In this document: piece after piece, positions 1 to 15,316 of the stretch
Position numbering within the stretch: position 1 is the stretch's first letter
How the letters are laid out: each line of letters begins with the position of its first letter
Source of the DNA: Azolla caroliniana
Lineage: Eukaryota > Plantae > Polypodiophyta
Direction: 5' to 3'
Assembly (NCBI GenBank): GCA_043228905.1
Contig: JBHGNT010000009.1
Coordinates: 6,820,001 to 6,884,000 of the forward strand
DNA: 64,000 nucleotides
Position numbers and translations under genes: made by a program
Notes under the pieces: model-generated
Seen by the model: only the letters and a program-made list of their open reading frames with translations
Told to the model about the DNA's origin: nothing
The model's database searches: none

Positions 1-1595
1 GCAGTAGGGCAAATGTAGAGAGGGCATTTGGAGCTTTTCTGTTTATTATATTTAGGAAGCCAAGGGATTCTTTTGCATATTTAGTGCTCAACCCATATGC
101 ACTGTGGTTCATATTTCATTGTTAACGTATATGTTTTGAAAATGTAAAATAGTTCTTGCATCCTTATGGCTTTTTTCTTTTTATATGTTGGCTGAGCTTG
201 TTTGATGATATATTGTGAGGCCTTGGATAAATGTCTCTAAAGATGCGAAAGAAGCTTCTAGAAGTATTCAGATATAAGCACTGCCATTGGATCATTCATG
301 TGAAGGACTATCTTATCATTCCTTGTATATATGCAATATTCAAAGCATGTACAAGGATCACATACTTCGAAACGAAGTCCTAGCGGAACTCCATGTACTT
401 GATATTAGTATGCAACAAGAAGATGTTTCTTTGAACTGTGAAACTGGTGTTGTATCAAAACATCCCAATTTGAAGAAAAAAAAGCATTTTAACCACATTA
501 ATCCAAAATGGAGCCATCCATTTTCTTTTCCTTTTTTCGAAAATATCATTTTTGTAATCCTTAAGTCTTGATGATAGCAAGCAACAAAGAAGTGGATACT
601 CAATACCATGATGGAAAAGGGTTCATGATGAAATACTTAATTCATTGTGAAACATGGGTCTGATTATATATTGAAGGGCTTTAGTTGGGTGCCCGTTCAT
701 ATGACAATGAGAGATCATGTTATGTCTCATTTAATCACATATAACGCATAGGCATTATAACTAGGTAAAAAATGTCGCATTTGTGCTTCCAACATCTAGG
801 AATCATTACATTGGCGTACACTGCCACAGCATCTGTCTTCACTTAGATATTATATATACATATACATCTGTGCCGTATCTGAATGATTCCAAATAATGAC
901 TTTTTGAAACAAGAACTTTTTTCTTTTCCAAACATGGTACATATCTATCTTAAATTTAGAACCTAGTTGATTTTACAGGAGATGTTTAATCATCTCAAAA
1001 CTCTAAATCAAACCTAGCCATAGGCAAAGTATTTGAAAGTCAAGTTTTAAAAGAAAGTTTGAGAAGGGTAGTTTTGCAAAGCCAGTTTATAAATCCAAGG
1101 TCTGATCCTATTTTTCATTTATAAATCCATGGGTTCCAGCTGCAAATGCAAAACTGTGTTTCAAAAGAAGTTTGTGAGATGTTTCAATAGGGTTCGACTA
1201 GGAATGAGTTTGTGAAGTCTTGAAAGAAAAAAATAGAAGTGCGTAATGCATAGAGAAAGCTTGAAAGTAGAGAGAGTTTATAGGAGATTTACCCAACAAT
1301 ATCCCAAAGTCTCTCCATCAAGTTATTGACTAGAGCTACTGTGGGTCGACAATGTATTATATTTACACTATTGCCAAATACCATTTATGGAATCCATTAG
1401 TCTCTCATAGTATCCCTAACTTGGATAGATTTGCGATCCATCAACTAACTATCTTGGTTATATTTTCATGTCGGGGTTATTGTATGAACTATTGTTAAAC
1501 CATTATTGCATGAATTATCCTTATGACTATGATGCTCTTGTACGGAAGTAAGTGTATTGCATCTTCAACCCAAGTTTATGTTTTTATTCTTTTAG

Positions 1596-2229
1596 GGGAG
1601 GTTGGAGCCACTGGATGTGGTAGTGAAAAATGACAAGAGAGGAATAGGTGCATCTAAATTGCCAGCAGCAAAGAAAATATACGAGGCCCCAAAACAAAGA
1701 GAGGTGGACTCAAGTAAAGCCAAACAAGAATTTGAGGTAAATGTAAGGTTTTTGATAACAAATATTAAGACAAAATTATCAAAACCTCATTCCAGTTTTA
1801 CCATAATTCCTGGAATGCCCCTCAATTTTTTGAATGCCCTATTATTAAAAACAATTATTTCCTAGTATGGTGGCATTTTGATATGTTTGCCTGTTAGATT
1901 ATCAATTTTATTTTATTTTTTTGGCATTTGGAGAATTTTGGTAATCTTGAGTGGCTTTGGGAATCATGGTAAACAACAGATGCATTTTTTGAATTTGGGA
2001 ATTATGATAAACTGGAGGGATCATTTTGCCTACATACCATTATAACCTGCAGCCATTTGACGTGCATATGTCACCTGTATATAAATCTCTCTTTTTCTTA
2101 TTGTACCAGAGCAAACAAAACAAAAAGACATCTAAAAGACTGAAGAAGGAACTAGCAAGCGAGAAAGAGTTGCAAGAACAAGTTTTCCAGCGTGATTTCT
2201 TCCGAGAATTTTGGCCTGAAAATGTTTGA
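1596..2229 (+). CDS. G-patch (D111) domain protein, last two exons (1596-1736, 2110-2229); 5' part lies upstream of the window
   Basis: AG acceptor at 1594-95, then GRLEPLDVVVKNDKRGIG (C-terminal half of a G-patch motif). GT donor at 1737, AG at 2108-09, in-frame final exon ending FQRDFFREFWPENV*, a C-terminus resembling plant G-patch proteins. Confidence 0.8.
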
Positions 2230-5200
2230 AGCATTGTATCAATAAAAATTCGAGAAGAGCTTCTTATTAATTATATATTTGTATATTAAAGCCCTACGAA
2301 ATTCTTATAAGCATGAAGATCTTGCAGATAAATTTAAACAACATTTGCAAGAAAGAAAAGGGATGTCTTTAGGAAAATAGACTTAGAAATTGCTTCATTA
2401 TGGAAAATTGGAAGAGCCAAAACGGGATTGAATCACTCTTCCCTACTACCCTATACCCCGTGTATGTTTTTTATTTTTTTTCAACACTTGCATCTCTCGT
2501 TCTAGAACACAGAGACATAATGCAATTCATCCTATGAATGTTTATAGATGAACCTAATGAAAAGTGACCTCTGGCTCATAAAAAAGCTTTGTTTCATGTT
2601 ATCCTTGCAGAATACCATCTTTTTAAAATTGTGTTGGTTAAAAGCAATCACCACACATACAGTCTGAATTTCAGATTGTTTTTAGTGCTTTTGGCATATG
2701 AATCATTTGCATATGGCTTAATGATTGATGTGTTCTCATACGAGTATCATAATACTATTGTGAGTCGTGACCCACACATGGCATTTTTGAACATGAACTT
2801 TCTTTTGTGTCATTTCACCTTATATTGAGGTTTTGACATCCATACTGATCATCGAGTATCTAATTGGTCATGAGTAAAAGGTGCAGTTATATCGATGAGG
2901 CCAATTTTTAATGGCTAGTAAAAGTGTGTAGAGGATGGGCTTGGATCAAGACTATTATATGCACTGGTTATGTTAAAAGTCAGGTTGATAAATTATAATG
3001 GTAGGTTTCTGATTAAGATGATAATAAAGACCAAATCAAAAAGCTAAACATATGCTATGTCATGTTTGGTGATTCATATCCACCTATTTTGGGCTGAGAG
3101 AGATTTACTATCTAACAACTATTTATGTAACATGATAAGTTTTTTGCTGCATTTATATATCATAGGCCATAGTGGTTCACATTCTAAGATCAATGCATTA
3201 CACTAAAAGCTTTTTAAAGATATGAACTACATGTAATTGATATAGGCATTAGAGGTTTGTACCTTTTATTATGATCCGTGGATAGATGGGTAGCATTTAG
3301 AATGGCTTTACTAGAAAAACCAAACAAATTGCCTTCGAAAGAGTAGATATATGAGAAAGAATTGCATGTGTATAATCTATCATAAAAAACCTTGATGGTT
3401 ACTTTTGACACCGATTGTATTCTAAGTAAATGTCTTTTTATAGGTTTGTAAGATGGTGAAAGTGAAGAAACTTTGCTTCATTGAAGAGATGAAGAGAAAA
3501 GATTACTAAGTCTAATAAAACTCCTTTAGGTGTGCAATTCTAAACTGGAGATGTTTCGATGGATACAATTGACCCACATTAGATTAGAACATTTTGTGTA
3601 TGTGGGTTCAAAGGACAATACAAATTCTCAACTTCCAACACTTTTACATTTGCCCTACTCAATGCTTCTAAGCGACAAGGGAGAGTTGTCTTTCTTTCAC
3701 ATTTGTTTGGAGTGTAATGACATTGATGGACCCTATCACTATGTTTTGAGGATATGATATGCACAACCATATCATGATGTATCTAACTATCTATTTCTTG
3801 TATTCTATAGTTATTAAGATGTACAATAAACCCAATCTCTTTGGGCACATGTATGTTTGTAAGTTTTTTACATTTTGTAACCTAGTTGTAATTTCATTGT
3901 ATGATATGGATAGTATGGACACATCACATTCTTCTTATCTCATTTATTTGGTATAAGTTAATGATTTATTCTATGAGAGAGACATGGTCTTTACAAGTTA
4001 TTCTTCTTATACACTAGGCCACAAGTATCTTCATCATTGAAGTGTCGCTTACGAAACTTTCCTTTTCAAGTGTTCGTTGAGTGTTACATAAGCGTTTATC
4101 CATATTCTCTCAATTTAACAATTGTAATATACATTATTTTCATTATCTTAATATAATAGGAAAAGGTAAATCAAGGGCAGCATATTTAGAAATGACATTG
4201 AACCACTTGCTGTAATATTATGATAGTTGAGATTAATAGAACTTTATGAAGATGGAACATCAAATGTTTTACAAATGATATCAGTTACTTATGAAAATAC
4301 TTTGAGATGGAGGGCTTTGGGCATGTAAGAATTGGCAACATATTATTCATAAGATTAGTTAGATCCGCCAATAGAGTGGATTTAATTTGTTGTACTAGTA
4401 TAGTATGGTTTGGATTGATGGGATGTGCTCACTTATTACCACATCTTAGTTTTATGGAACATCTTAATTGCAAGGGGGTATTAATGTAGGATGAGAACAG
4501 AAGGGGTGGTGTGTCCCTTGTACTTTCATTGTTCAACCTATGTAAATTTTGAGTTGTGCATATAATTTGTAATCCAGAATCATAATGTGTAGTAGATTTT
4601 GTGCCCTCTAGTCAGTGAAGGTGGTCAATCTATTGGTAAGGGAGGTGCTTGCTTCTTCATAGTGCCTTTTGTTGGTGTCACAATTATAATATTCTTTTTT
4701 CATTAGACACTCATTTACCATATGAGGCTCAATGAACCTCATGAGTCATTCCTATGTCAAGAAGGGAGATTGATCAAATGGCACGACGGACAAGAATATT
4801 GCCTAAATTCATATGGTGGAGATCTTTGATATTTGCCTATTCAGCTTGGATGAATCACCTTTGAAGGTCATTGATTTCCTAGATGTGGCGGTGTGCTACT
4901 CAAGCAGGACCACGGGGGACTTAAATGAGGGAGTACAAGATGTCGTGAGAGAAAACTTAAAACATCTTCATGAGGATTCTACACTTAATGTGCCCTACAT
5001 ACACCTTTGTCCCCTTTTACAATTGTACATTGTCCCTCTTATTCCCTATATAAAAGGGGGGATGACTCCTCACTAACTAGAGGATTAGTGCCTTACATTT
5101 AGAAGATTGGTGTGTGCTCTCTCTCTTTCTGGTTTCCCCACTTATGCTTTCCTGCCACATCCAAAACTCCACAACCTTGCCACTTCCACTCTTGCTTTCC

Positions 5201-8200
5201 TTTCCACAAGATCCTCAACATTAAGAAGTATGTTTTATCTTGATTAAATAAGTAATTATTGTATAAGAAAAATATGAGGTGTCTTAAATAAATAGATGAT
5301 TGTTAAGCAAAAGAAATGTATAAGTCAGTTAATTAGTGTTTAGTGACAAAACTAACCACATGAGAAACTTCACAATGTTTGACAACACTTCTTAAGGAAG
5401 GATCACACATAAATCATCAACATGAATTAGTTTCCATTAGTTTGCTTAAATGATTGCAAGCTTCATTAGGTACAAGTATATTGTATTAGGCTTAAAAAGG
5501 ATTAGAGAGAGGGAGAAGGCTTAATTAAGTAGGTATTAGAATAGGGAAGGTTTATAGTTTTACTTTTATAGTAACTTCTTTAATATTATTACAATTATGT
5601 CTCTTTCACACTTCAGAAGTTATAAAGGTTTATAGATATTACCTTTCTACCTTAATACAATATTGAGCTCATTCCCTCTATTGCATTACATACCTAAGGG
5701 ATCGTCAATGTGCCACGACATAATGACCACAAAGTAATAGTATAATGAATCGAGTGACAAGTCTTTACAATAGTATAGTTGAATGATAGAGAACAGTATG
5801 GCTAGATATCATTGGCCACCTCTATATAGATATCTTGATAATAGGTCACCACCAAAAGACTTACATTGTCCTAAGAGCAGTTCCCCCCAATACTATTAGT
5901 AGATCTTAGTTCTTAATGAGACTTAGTAAAGCATCAATGTTGCCGTGCCCTATTGTACACTCACTTGGTTGAATATATTCAATTTTCCCCATACTATTGT
6001 CATCCTATCATAGCTTCAAAGGATGTGGAGTCAACCCTTAGGAAATCATATTGGTCATCTAGACAATTGTTAGTTGTACCAATGGTACCATAGAGTTGAT
6101 GATAGAGGGTTTGAAGAAAATGTTTCGCAACTACCATGCCATATGATACTTGGAAAGTCAGTAAGATTGACTAAGAGAGTGAACTTATTGGGTGAATCCA
6201 AAATGCAAGAGGTTGTGTTTGCTTACAAGAATGCCATTAGTTGTAGCTTTAGGACGAGAACCGATAGAGTGTGTGCCCCATGAAATCTCAATTTTATGCC
6301 TATATAAGCATGGGTTGTACATATTCTCTCTAATTAGGAATTGCCCATAATATAAGTTAAACAAATTCATTGTATATTTTGCATTGACTATGTATTGTAT
6401 GGCAACAACACCTACATCAACGTGTAAAGCTAAACCTTTTATTGTCTCGAAAAACTAAATAAATAAATAAAACAGGAACAAAACATGATGGATACATTCT
6501 CACATTGGTGCACGAGTAATATTCGTTGATTCTCTTGAGAAATAAAGAAATCACAAACAAAATACAATGTTCATGGAGTATGCATTCCGCTGATGCTAGC
6601 AAAATACAATGTCCATGGAGTAATGAATATGGTGTGGCTCTTGATATCAAAGTCTATGCATAAGGTAATATCATAATAATGACTTTGGGTATGTTATCCA
6701 TTGAATCACATACTCTTAAGATCTTAAGTACCCAAGAAATTCTAAAAGCTCAAGTATCTAAAATGTTCCACTTATGTATTTCCATCTCAAAAGCAAGTAA
6801 AGTATGATCCTTGTGGTAATATTTATTCTACTTTCTCCTAAAGCGAAAAATTGACACTCGGGACTCATTTCAAATATATCAAAATTCCAAAGCACCAATT
6901 AGATTTTAAGAATACCGAGACATACCTTGTATCCATTTCTTAAAATATATTTTTACTCGCCATACATAGTTAATAGATAAAGTTTAAATCTTTGTTGACA
7001 AATATTAGTGTGTACGACCGAGTGTAGGGGCCTTCAATTTTTAATCAATTGCTAACTTGTTCATGTGTAATATGGTTGTTTATCTCTTACTCATAGACCA
7101 TGGTTTTCATGCATCCTTACCTCCTTCCTGCACATATCATTATGACATGTCAATGTCCTTTTTTGTCAAATATAAAAGACATTTGCCCTCCTACCACACA
7201 CGAACATGTCAGAGCAAAACCATGCAATAAATATACTGTTTTTCTTCTCTTGCTGCATCCTAGTCTTAAATTTGCAAATAACAAACTGTTATTACGAAAT
7301 GTACAAAGTTGGATTGGATAATATGTATGTTTGTGTCTACAACATATTCATTTGGATTGAACTAGAAATTTCAATAGTTTGGTTCCATAGTAAACATGTT
7401 TGTTTAGACATCACATTGTGTTTACAAGATAAATATAGTGGACAAAATTGTGTTTTCGAAAATTATGTGCCCATTTTATGCCTAATCTAGTAGTCCTCTT
7501 TGCCATGCTCTACACAAGTTAACATCATTTTAGTTTGAAATTATTGCATGATGAGGGCTATCACATGATATGCACCTTATTATTAGGATCAATAGCTTCA
7601 TTGCATATCTTACATATAATTAACTTATACAGATGAAAATCCATTTTAACATCTTTAGAGTGGTGCACATAGAAAAAGCAAGTGGATTGGTTGAGCTAAG
7701 GTCTGAATCTTAAAGCCAAATACCAAGAAACAAAGGAAAAATGTTTATTTTGAGCATTAAATGAATTATTCCAATATTTTTTAATCTACTCATTATCAAT
7801 GGATTGCAAATATAGGAGAGATTTCTAACTTCATCTTACATTACTTTGGTAGAGATGAATACTAAACCTGAGTTATGTAGAAGAATAAAGCAATTTGATA
7901 TACATATGTGTTTCATGAATAATGCCACTTGCTTAGGAAATGCCATAAAGAGACTGATATGATCTACAATCCACTTATTTATTAAAAAGGCACGAGGATG
8001 ATACAATTATTTAGAATATATGGTCATCAAAAGTATTATCTCGAAATTCTAAAGGTTGACATGACACGGGGAAGTGGTAAAGATAAACTTTATGAAGCAT
8101 TATGAGCTATGGAAGTGCGGTATAGTTGAAAAGGACAAAGTGTTGAGCATAGAGATACATAGGTACAAGGTTTGATGTCGTCGTGATTCAAGTTTGAGAG

Positions 8201-11200
8201 ACATACATCAATCATAAGGTAATGATGGTCATCATCTTTTATGGAAGAGGAGAGGCTTTAAAAATAAATACATCATTAGTTTCTAATTTTGTTGTTATCA
8301 CTTCATAAAATTGGCATCGAAAATATGGTTGGTGGTGCGATTGCGTAATAATTTGAAGAAATGTTTAAAACCCTAGAAAATAACAAACAAATATGTCTTC
8401 AACCGAAGAGTGGAGTCGTCTAATATATAGCTCGCAATAATCAGATTTCATGCTTATGTTTTTGGCTATTAAAATAAGAAACTTTAGTTTCTCTTGAAAT
8501 ATGGAGCTTATATACACATATAATAGAAGCATTGATGCAACAAGACCCTCGACTTGTGAAATTACAGCCTCATCAATGTTATCGACCGAGTAAGATGCTT
8601 GTTCCAGAAGATTATCAGATTCTCCAGAAACGATTGTTTGAAATCCTTGGCTTGTTTCTAGTAAACCACGATGGAGTACACTGTAACTTGTTTTATAGAT
8701 GTTGGTTTGGTGGTTTACACCATAAAAAGTCATAAAATTAAGACAACCTAAGTTCAATCCTTAAGATAGGCTAGACCTCGTCCATAGATTGCAATCAATC
8801 ACCCGTGGATGTGGACATAAAAAGATCTCTCTCTCACTCTCAATGTCTCTCTCATCTGGCTTGCACATAGTAAATTTTAGAAAATGAAGAGAAAGATATG
8901 CAACAAAAAAATGGCCAAGCAAGAGTAGGGCAAGGACAATGAACTATTTGTAAAACACATGTCTGGCATTGTCTTTCTTGTTTTTAGTGTTTGCATCAGT
9001 TTGTTGAGAACAAACTTACTCCATTTATCTTTAACATGATGTGCATGCACTTGCCACTTATACACCCAATAATCTTTCATGCCACATAGATTACTAGAAA
9101 TATTTAGATGTCCCCAAAAACTTGATAATGTTGTAGGTCCATAAGATTCAAGAGCATTACATAGAAGTATTTTGATGCCAGTTACTAGCAAATCCTTGTC
9201 GATATGCCATATTTAGGAATGACAAAATGTAACGATGATATTGGAGAAAAAAGAATAATAAATGACACTTGTTTTCCCTCGATGCCATGCATAGAAATTC
9301 AATATACATAACACAGATTTTTTAATAATGAAAATGAAGTATTTGCACAAAGCAAACGTAAATAGAATCAAGCACATGTAAGGACCAAGTTCCAAGGTAT
9401 AAGACAACAAGTGAAAGGGAAAGATGCGACAAAAAAAGGTTCTGAATGATACCTGTCAAGGGCTTGAGAAAAAAGGCCAATGCATGCACATTATATTCCA
9501 TGATAGCATAACGATGTGTACATTCTTGACACAGAGCAAGAGAGACATTGACTAGTGCACATCATATTAAGAGAAACTGTTGTAATGAACTTGAATACAT
9601 TCTTGGAATACCAAAATTGACACATGCATATCGAAACATGAATACTAATGACTATACGTGGTTGACAACTTGATTCAATATACCATTGGCTTTGCATGGA
9701 CATGGCAATGCCTGCAAAGATTTACTTTTCAAAGGAATCAAAATTTTTGAATCCAACCCTAAATGGTCTCAAACCAAACTTGCTTTTGGTCATATGTCAA
9801 TTGAAGGTTTTGTATGCTTGATTTTTCATCAATAAAATAGGCTCTCTTAATTATTCACATTTGATGTACTCATCAATTATGAAGTTTTCAATAATTGTGT
9901 AAAATGAATCGTGCTTATATATATCAAGATCAATCCAATTGGTAGCTAAAAATACCCAATTCGTTGATCAAAATCAATATTGTTGTCGGGTACACCACCA
10001 AGATATTAAGTAAAAAAGGTTTTAAGTGGGAGCATAGCTCCTCCCAACACCATTATCTCTTTTCTACCAAAATAGAATAAGGCAACCTTAGTTTGTTCCA
10101 TTGTTACTTTAGGCATAAAACCAACATGCAAATATTTTATAATAGAACTATAATCAATACTAGAACTATAGAATCTCAAAGCTTGTACTACTCTATCGTA
10201 CACTTTTGATACCCATTCCTTGGTGGAAGCTACTGTATATTATGTGGCTTATACTATATGATCTTGTGGATATGTTGGCCATTGATATTCATTTGTCATA
10301 TCTAATTAATTACAAAGTTTAAGAGGCGTTAAATGAGTGAACGTGTTTCATTGCCTATGATAGCTTGCGTGAAAGGAAACATCAATACAATGAATGATAT
10401 ATCAAAAAAATAGATTACATGGATTTCAAAACTTTGGACATATTAAGCTAAACCAGTGACACTTAATATGTTCATGTCTTGTCTCTGAAAACAAATAGGC
10501 TGAATGCTTGATATTTTCGTGTGATCGTAGGCGACACTTCGTTGTGTAGTTTCGGAAAATTTGGTCATGGGAAGTGATATTGGATTTCGCCTCATTGAGA
10601 TTGGATAATCTCGAAGTCTTCACGAGTCTCTCTCTCTCTCTCTCTCTCTCACGCACACACACACACACACATGCACATGCACAACACACCCCATTAGAGA
10701 CGTCAACATGGAATTTTCTCAAGTGACGTACGATTAGCCTGGGATACCCTGTTGCTTTTCATAGCTTACATCACCTTTTGCTTTTCCAATGCTGAAATAT
10801 ATGGATGCTCCACTTTTACTTTGTTATCTCTCCCCTCTCACTCTTAGCTAACAAAACCAAGAGATAGACTTTTCTTCTCCTAGTCCACACATACCTTTTG
10901 GCCATCATCTATTTATCTATAGGGGCATTGAGAATCATCCACTTTTTAGTTTTTTTACCTTTCTTTCCTCTGTAAGATCCTTTTCTCGTGCATCCATTAT
11001 CGTCCCCTCTCTTTTTCTTACTTTATATTCGACCTCTTTTGCACATGAATCCAAATTTGAGAGCCCATCTAATCAGCATCCAACTTCCCTTAGTGCTTTC
11101 CATGATAGGCTAAGTTCTTGTTGGATCCCCACATACCCCATTATCAAGTCGATGATAAGTGCCGTGTTCAGATTGTTGACAATTTAATTGATGATCTTAT

Positions 11201-14200
11201 TGGAGGCCACCCACTATCTTTATTAATTTAATCGATTTCTTACAAGCTAGATCAAGGCCTTAGTTCATGCCCTTTAATTTGCTCATTGATCTATTAAATT
11301 AGCATCTTAATTCAATCAAAAGTGCATTTTTGGATATTATTATTTTTCTTCAAGTTATTGATACTTGAATATCTTTGGATTTCAACTTTTTGTATTGGAT
11401 GCCAATATGATATGCTAACAATACCATGGTCTCTACATTTTTAAGTGTAGGGTCTTGTCAATATGAGACTATACAAATTTCTCTCCATTCATAAATAATA
11501 ATTATTTTTTCTCAAATGTAGCATTTGTCATCTACAATGTCTTTCTCTAGTTCCTAAAATGTTGCATGACCAATCTTTTTCTTTTGTCATCTCCTTGTTC
11601 CCTTCTTTTCTTTCGAATGTGATTCGAGTGCCACCCCTTGTTTGCTCAGCTAGAACATAAAAAGCCTCTTGCGTGCATTCAAGGTCTCTTGGTTAAAAAG
11701 AAAGACATTTTCATTGCAGTTCCTTGAACAAAACATACAAAACATTACATACACATGAGGGAGGGTATTTAAAATTATATTCTATCAAATGGCAACTTAT
11801 AAAACTTCCTACCCATTATATCATGCACACAAGTTACAACAAAAACTCATCATATTGTGGAGAAAATGAGAATAATGACGCCAAACTCCATTATTCGCAG
11901 ATACATTGAGTGAAAACTCAAGCATTCCAAAAACATAAACATGTTTGGTTGATTATTTAAATATACATATACATTAATGATGGCAGAAGAATCCATGTCG
12001 ATCATTCCATGCATTGTTGATGCTTAGAAGTGCATGTCCATATATATATGTGCACATAAACAATATAGTCACTATCCCATGATCCATCTATGCTTAGCCT
12101 AGTAATAGCTAATATTTTATGTTCCTTGATACAATTACCAACTCTTAAAATGGAGTCATGTGAACCTAACATATGCAACTTGTGGTAAACAACTAGAATA
12201 CATGCATGATATATCATTCCATGCACCAACATGATAATACTTTTCATACATATATGGATTCAAGATCTATAGACACATGTTATTTAAGTCTCATGGAGTA
12301 TTATATTGTTGAAACAACATTCAAGATTGTATCTTTACAAATGAGAATGATGTAAAAGCATAAAAATGGTGTTAAGAAACATGACCATGATCATTCTCAA
12401 AGTGTGTGCTTGGGAGTGGTGCTAAATATTGAATAAATAAGAAGGATTGTGTTAGTACTTGATTGTGAATTTCTCAAGAGGCAAACTTTTTGAGAAAGGA
12501 AGCAATCTCTCTAAGTATGAATGGCATAAATTAATTATCTAGGGAAGAATTTCCTTGGTAACAATGTGTCTGAAATAATTGAAATCGATGACTTAAATAC
12601 ACCAATGATTTGCAATATCCAATAAAAAAAATGAAATTCCCAACCATGTTAGAAAACTCAATCAAATGTTTTAGATTGCTTTACAACCTTGATAATTAGA
12701 CTAAGTACAATGGCAAGTTTAAGACTTGGAGCATGGTCTACAAAATGTAGTGATCTTCTTTGCTTTACATCAAAAGCTTAGAGTTATCCTTTAGTCATCA
12801 ATTTCCAAGACCCTCTCTTCTCTTTATGGGGGGGGGGGGAGGGGCTATCAATACCTAGGAAATATGTGCCACTTGGAGCCTAGGTGATGAAACATTATCC
12901 TTGGTTATGTACATACCCATCTACAGAATAAGGTGTGGGTTCTACACTTTGCACATAGCTACACATGCCTCTTAGACCCATATGTATTGTCTCTACTTAA
13001 ACATATGACAAACCTTAAGTAAAATAAATGAGCAACTTGTAATTACTAATGACACCCTCTAAATGAGCATTCAAGATTGTCTTGTAACACTCTTTTTTAT
13101 GTCACATGTGTCATATTTCTAGCCTTTTGAGGACGTGAACATATCATCATCAGTCATCATTGTTCCCCTCATTCGCTCTATTTCCAATTTTAATGTTGAC
13201 AATGTTGCTTGTCTAAACAGGGTACATTTGATTCAAATCAAGCTTTGTTATGGCATGTGTGTTTCACCTCATGGAGGTTGTTAGAATGTAGAAATGTACA
13301 GAGAGGACACATAGGCAAAGAGTTTCATAGTGGCCTAGATTATTAGAGCATAGGAGTAGAAAAATATCTTAAAGTAACTTGGAAATGAAGAGATTGGACA
13401 CATTTCAAATTAAGTTAGTACAACAAGGATACTAGGAAACTGTGCCACGAAGAGGAAAAGAATTGTTTGTCCAACGTCAACAACTACAAAGGTGTTGCAT
13501 GGTCATGCAAATGCCAGAGTTGAAATCATTGACGAAAATGCTTACTAAGATGACCATTCACAAACATCAAGATTAAAGTAACCTCGTCATTTTTTGATAG
13601 TGGTGACTTTCAAAAGTGGTTTGAAGGATGCAAATTTCATGAAATATATGGGTGGAAAAATGAATTGTTTATGGCCTTTAGAAAAGATTCTAGTATGTGT
13701 CGAAAGCACATGGCGAAGGTGGTTAGAAATGAGATTTATAAAATGTTTTGTTCAAACGATGAAGCTTAAACTAGAACTTCATGGTAAAGACATACTAATA
13801 AGTGAACATGATCTTAGTTATCTATTAGGCATCATCAGAGTTTGTCACATAGGCTACCCCATGCTACCTTCACATTAATTTTGTACAATCATTTTGGCAT
13901 CAATAGCATGTTATAATTTGCATATATCACCCCGCACGATGATTATTAGCCATTGACCAACGATACGTCTTCTAATGACATATGAACTCACAAGGCAAAA
14001 TTTGTTTCCATTACGACGGAAGAGAGGTTTCTATTCCCAACATTTTCTTTCTAACAAAGCTTGAATAAGAAAACTTGCTTGTTAATGTGTTCAGCCTGTC
14101 TCCCCCAAAAGCTTGCACACATTTGTACTTAAAACCTCCATTTGATGAGGAATGATGGTGTGGATGGGCACATGGAGAGCCAAGTGTCCTAACCAACAAG

Positions 14201-14704
14201 ATTAACGATGCATTTCTACTTATCATTCCATATTTCTCCATATAAAACAAAAACATAACATGTTATGTCGTGATCCAACAAAGCTCTTGATCGTACGTAC
14301 CACTCAATCGTCTTTCGAGCATGGATCGCGGAAATGTAGGTAGTCACCTGCATAGATTCCACGATAATTGTACGTATGTTGTAGCCAATCCATCCGAGAA
14401 TCCGACAGTCTACAAGGTAAAAAAAGGAAACTCGAACAAAAAATCTAAAAGACTTCGTAGTGTGCTGCCCCGCACCACCCCGCCGCAACCCCCGTATGTA
14501 TTTTTGTGGTGGTGTTGCATGGCAGTATGTATGAAAGCGACATATCTCCCCTCATGCATGGCATGGTGAGTTTTGGCCAAATGCATTCATTCATTCATGC
14601 ATGCATGCATGCCTTAGGAGATGTACCATGTAAGAGGGGTGACGTCATCAAATGAGACACATCAAAGTTGGTACATTACTTTAGGTCCTATAAAGTCTTT
14701 TGGT

Positions 14705-15090
<386 letters not shown>

Positions 15091-15316
15091 GTATATAAAG
15101 ATACACTTCACTAAAATATGAGTGGAGTAACCAACCATCCTTAAGTGAGATTACTGACTCATGTATGATGGACTTCCACACTTAAGAGCGAGCGATTAAT
15201 TAGTGTTTAATCCTCCCTTAATCCCCTCGTTTAATCATCCTCTCCCTCTCTAAACAACCCCTCCTAATTACCCTTGCTCATCTCATTTACTCCATCTTAA
15301 ATACTTAAATTTAATC

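Noticed and set aside
4755-5220. Possible solo LTR (TG...CA, TATA box, CT-rich tract)
   Set aside because: No target-site duplication or second copy lies in the window, so the boundaries cannot be supported.
8365-8757. 130-aa ORF and other short intergenic ORFs between 2.3 and 14 kb
   Set aside because: No domain motifs or consistent splice structure; likely chance ORFs in old repeat-derived DNA.
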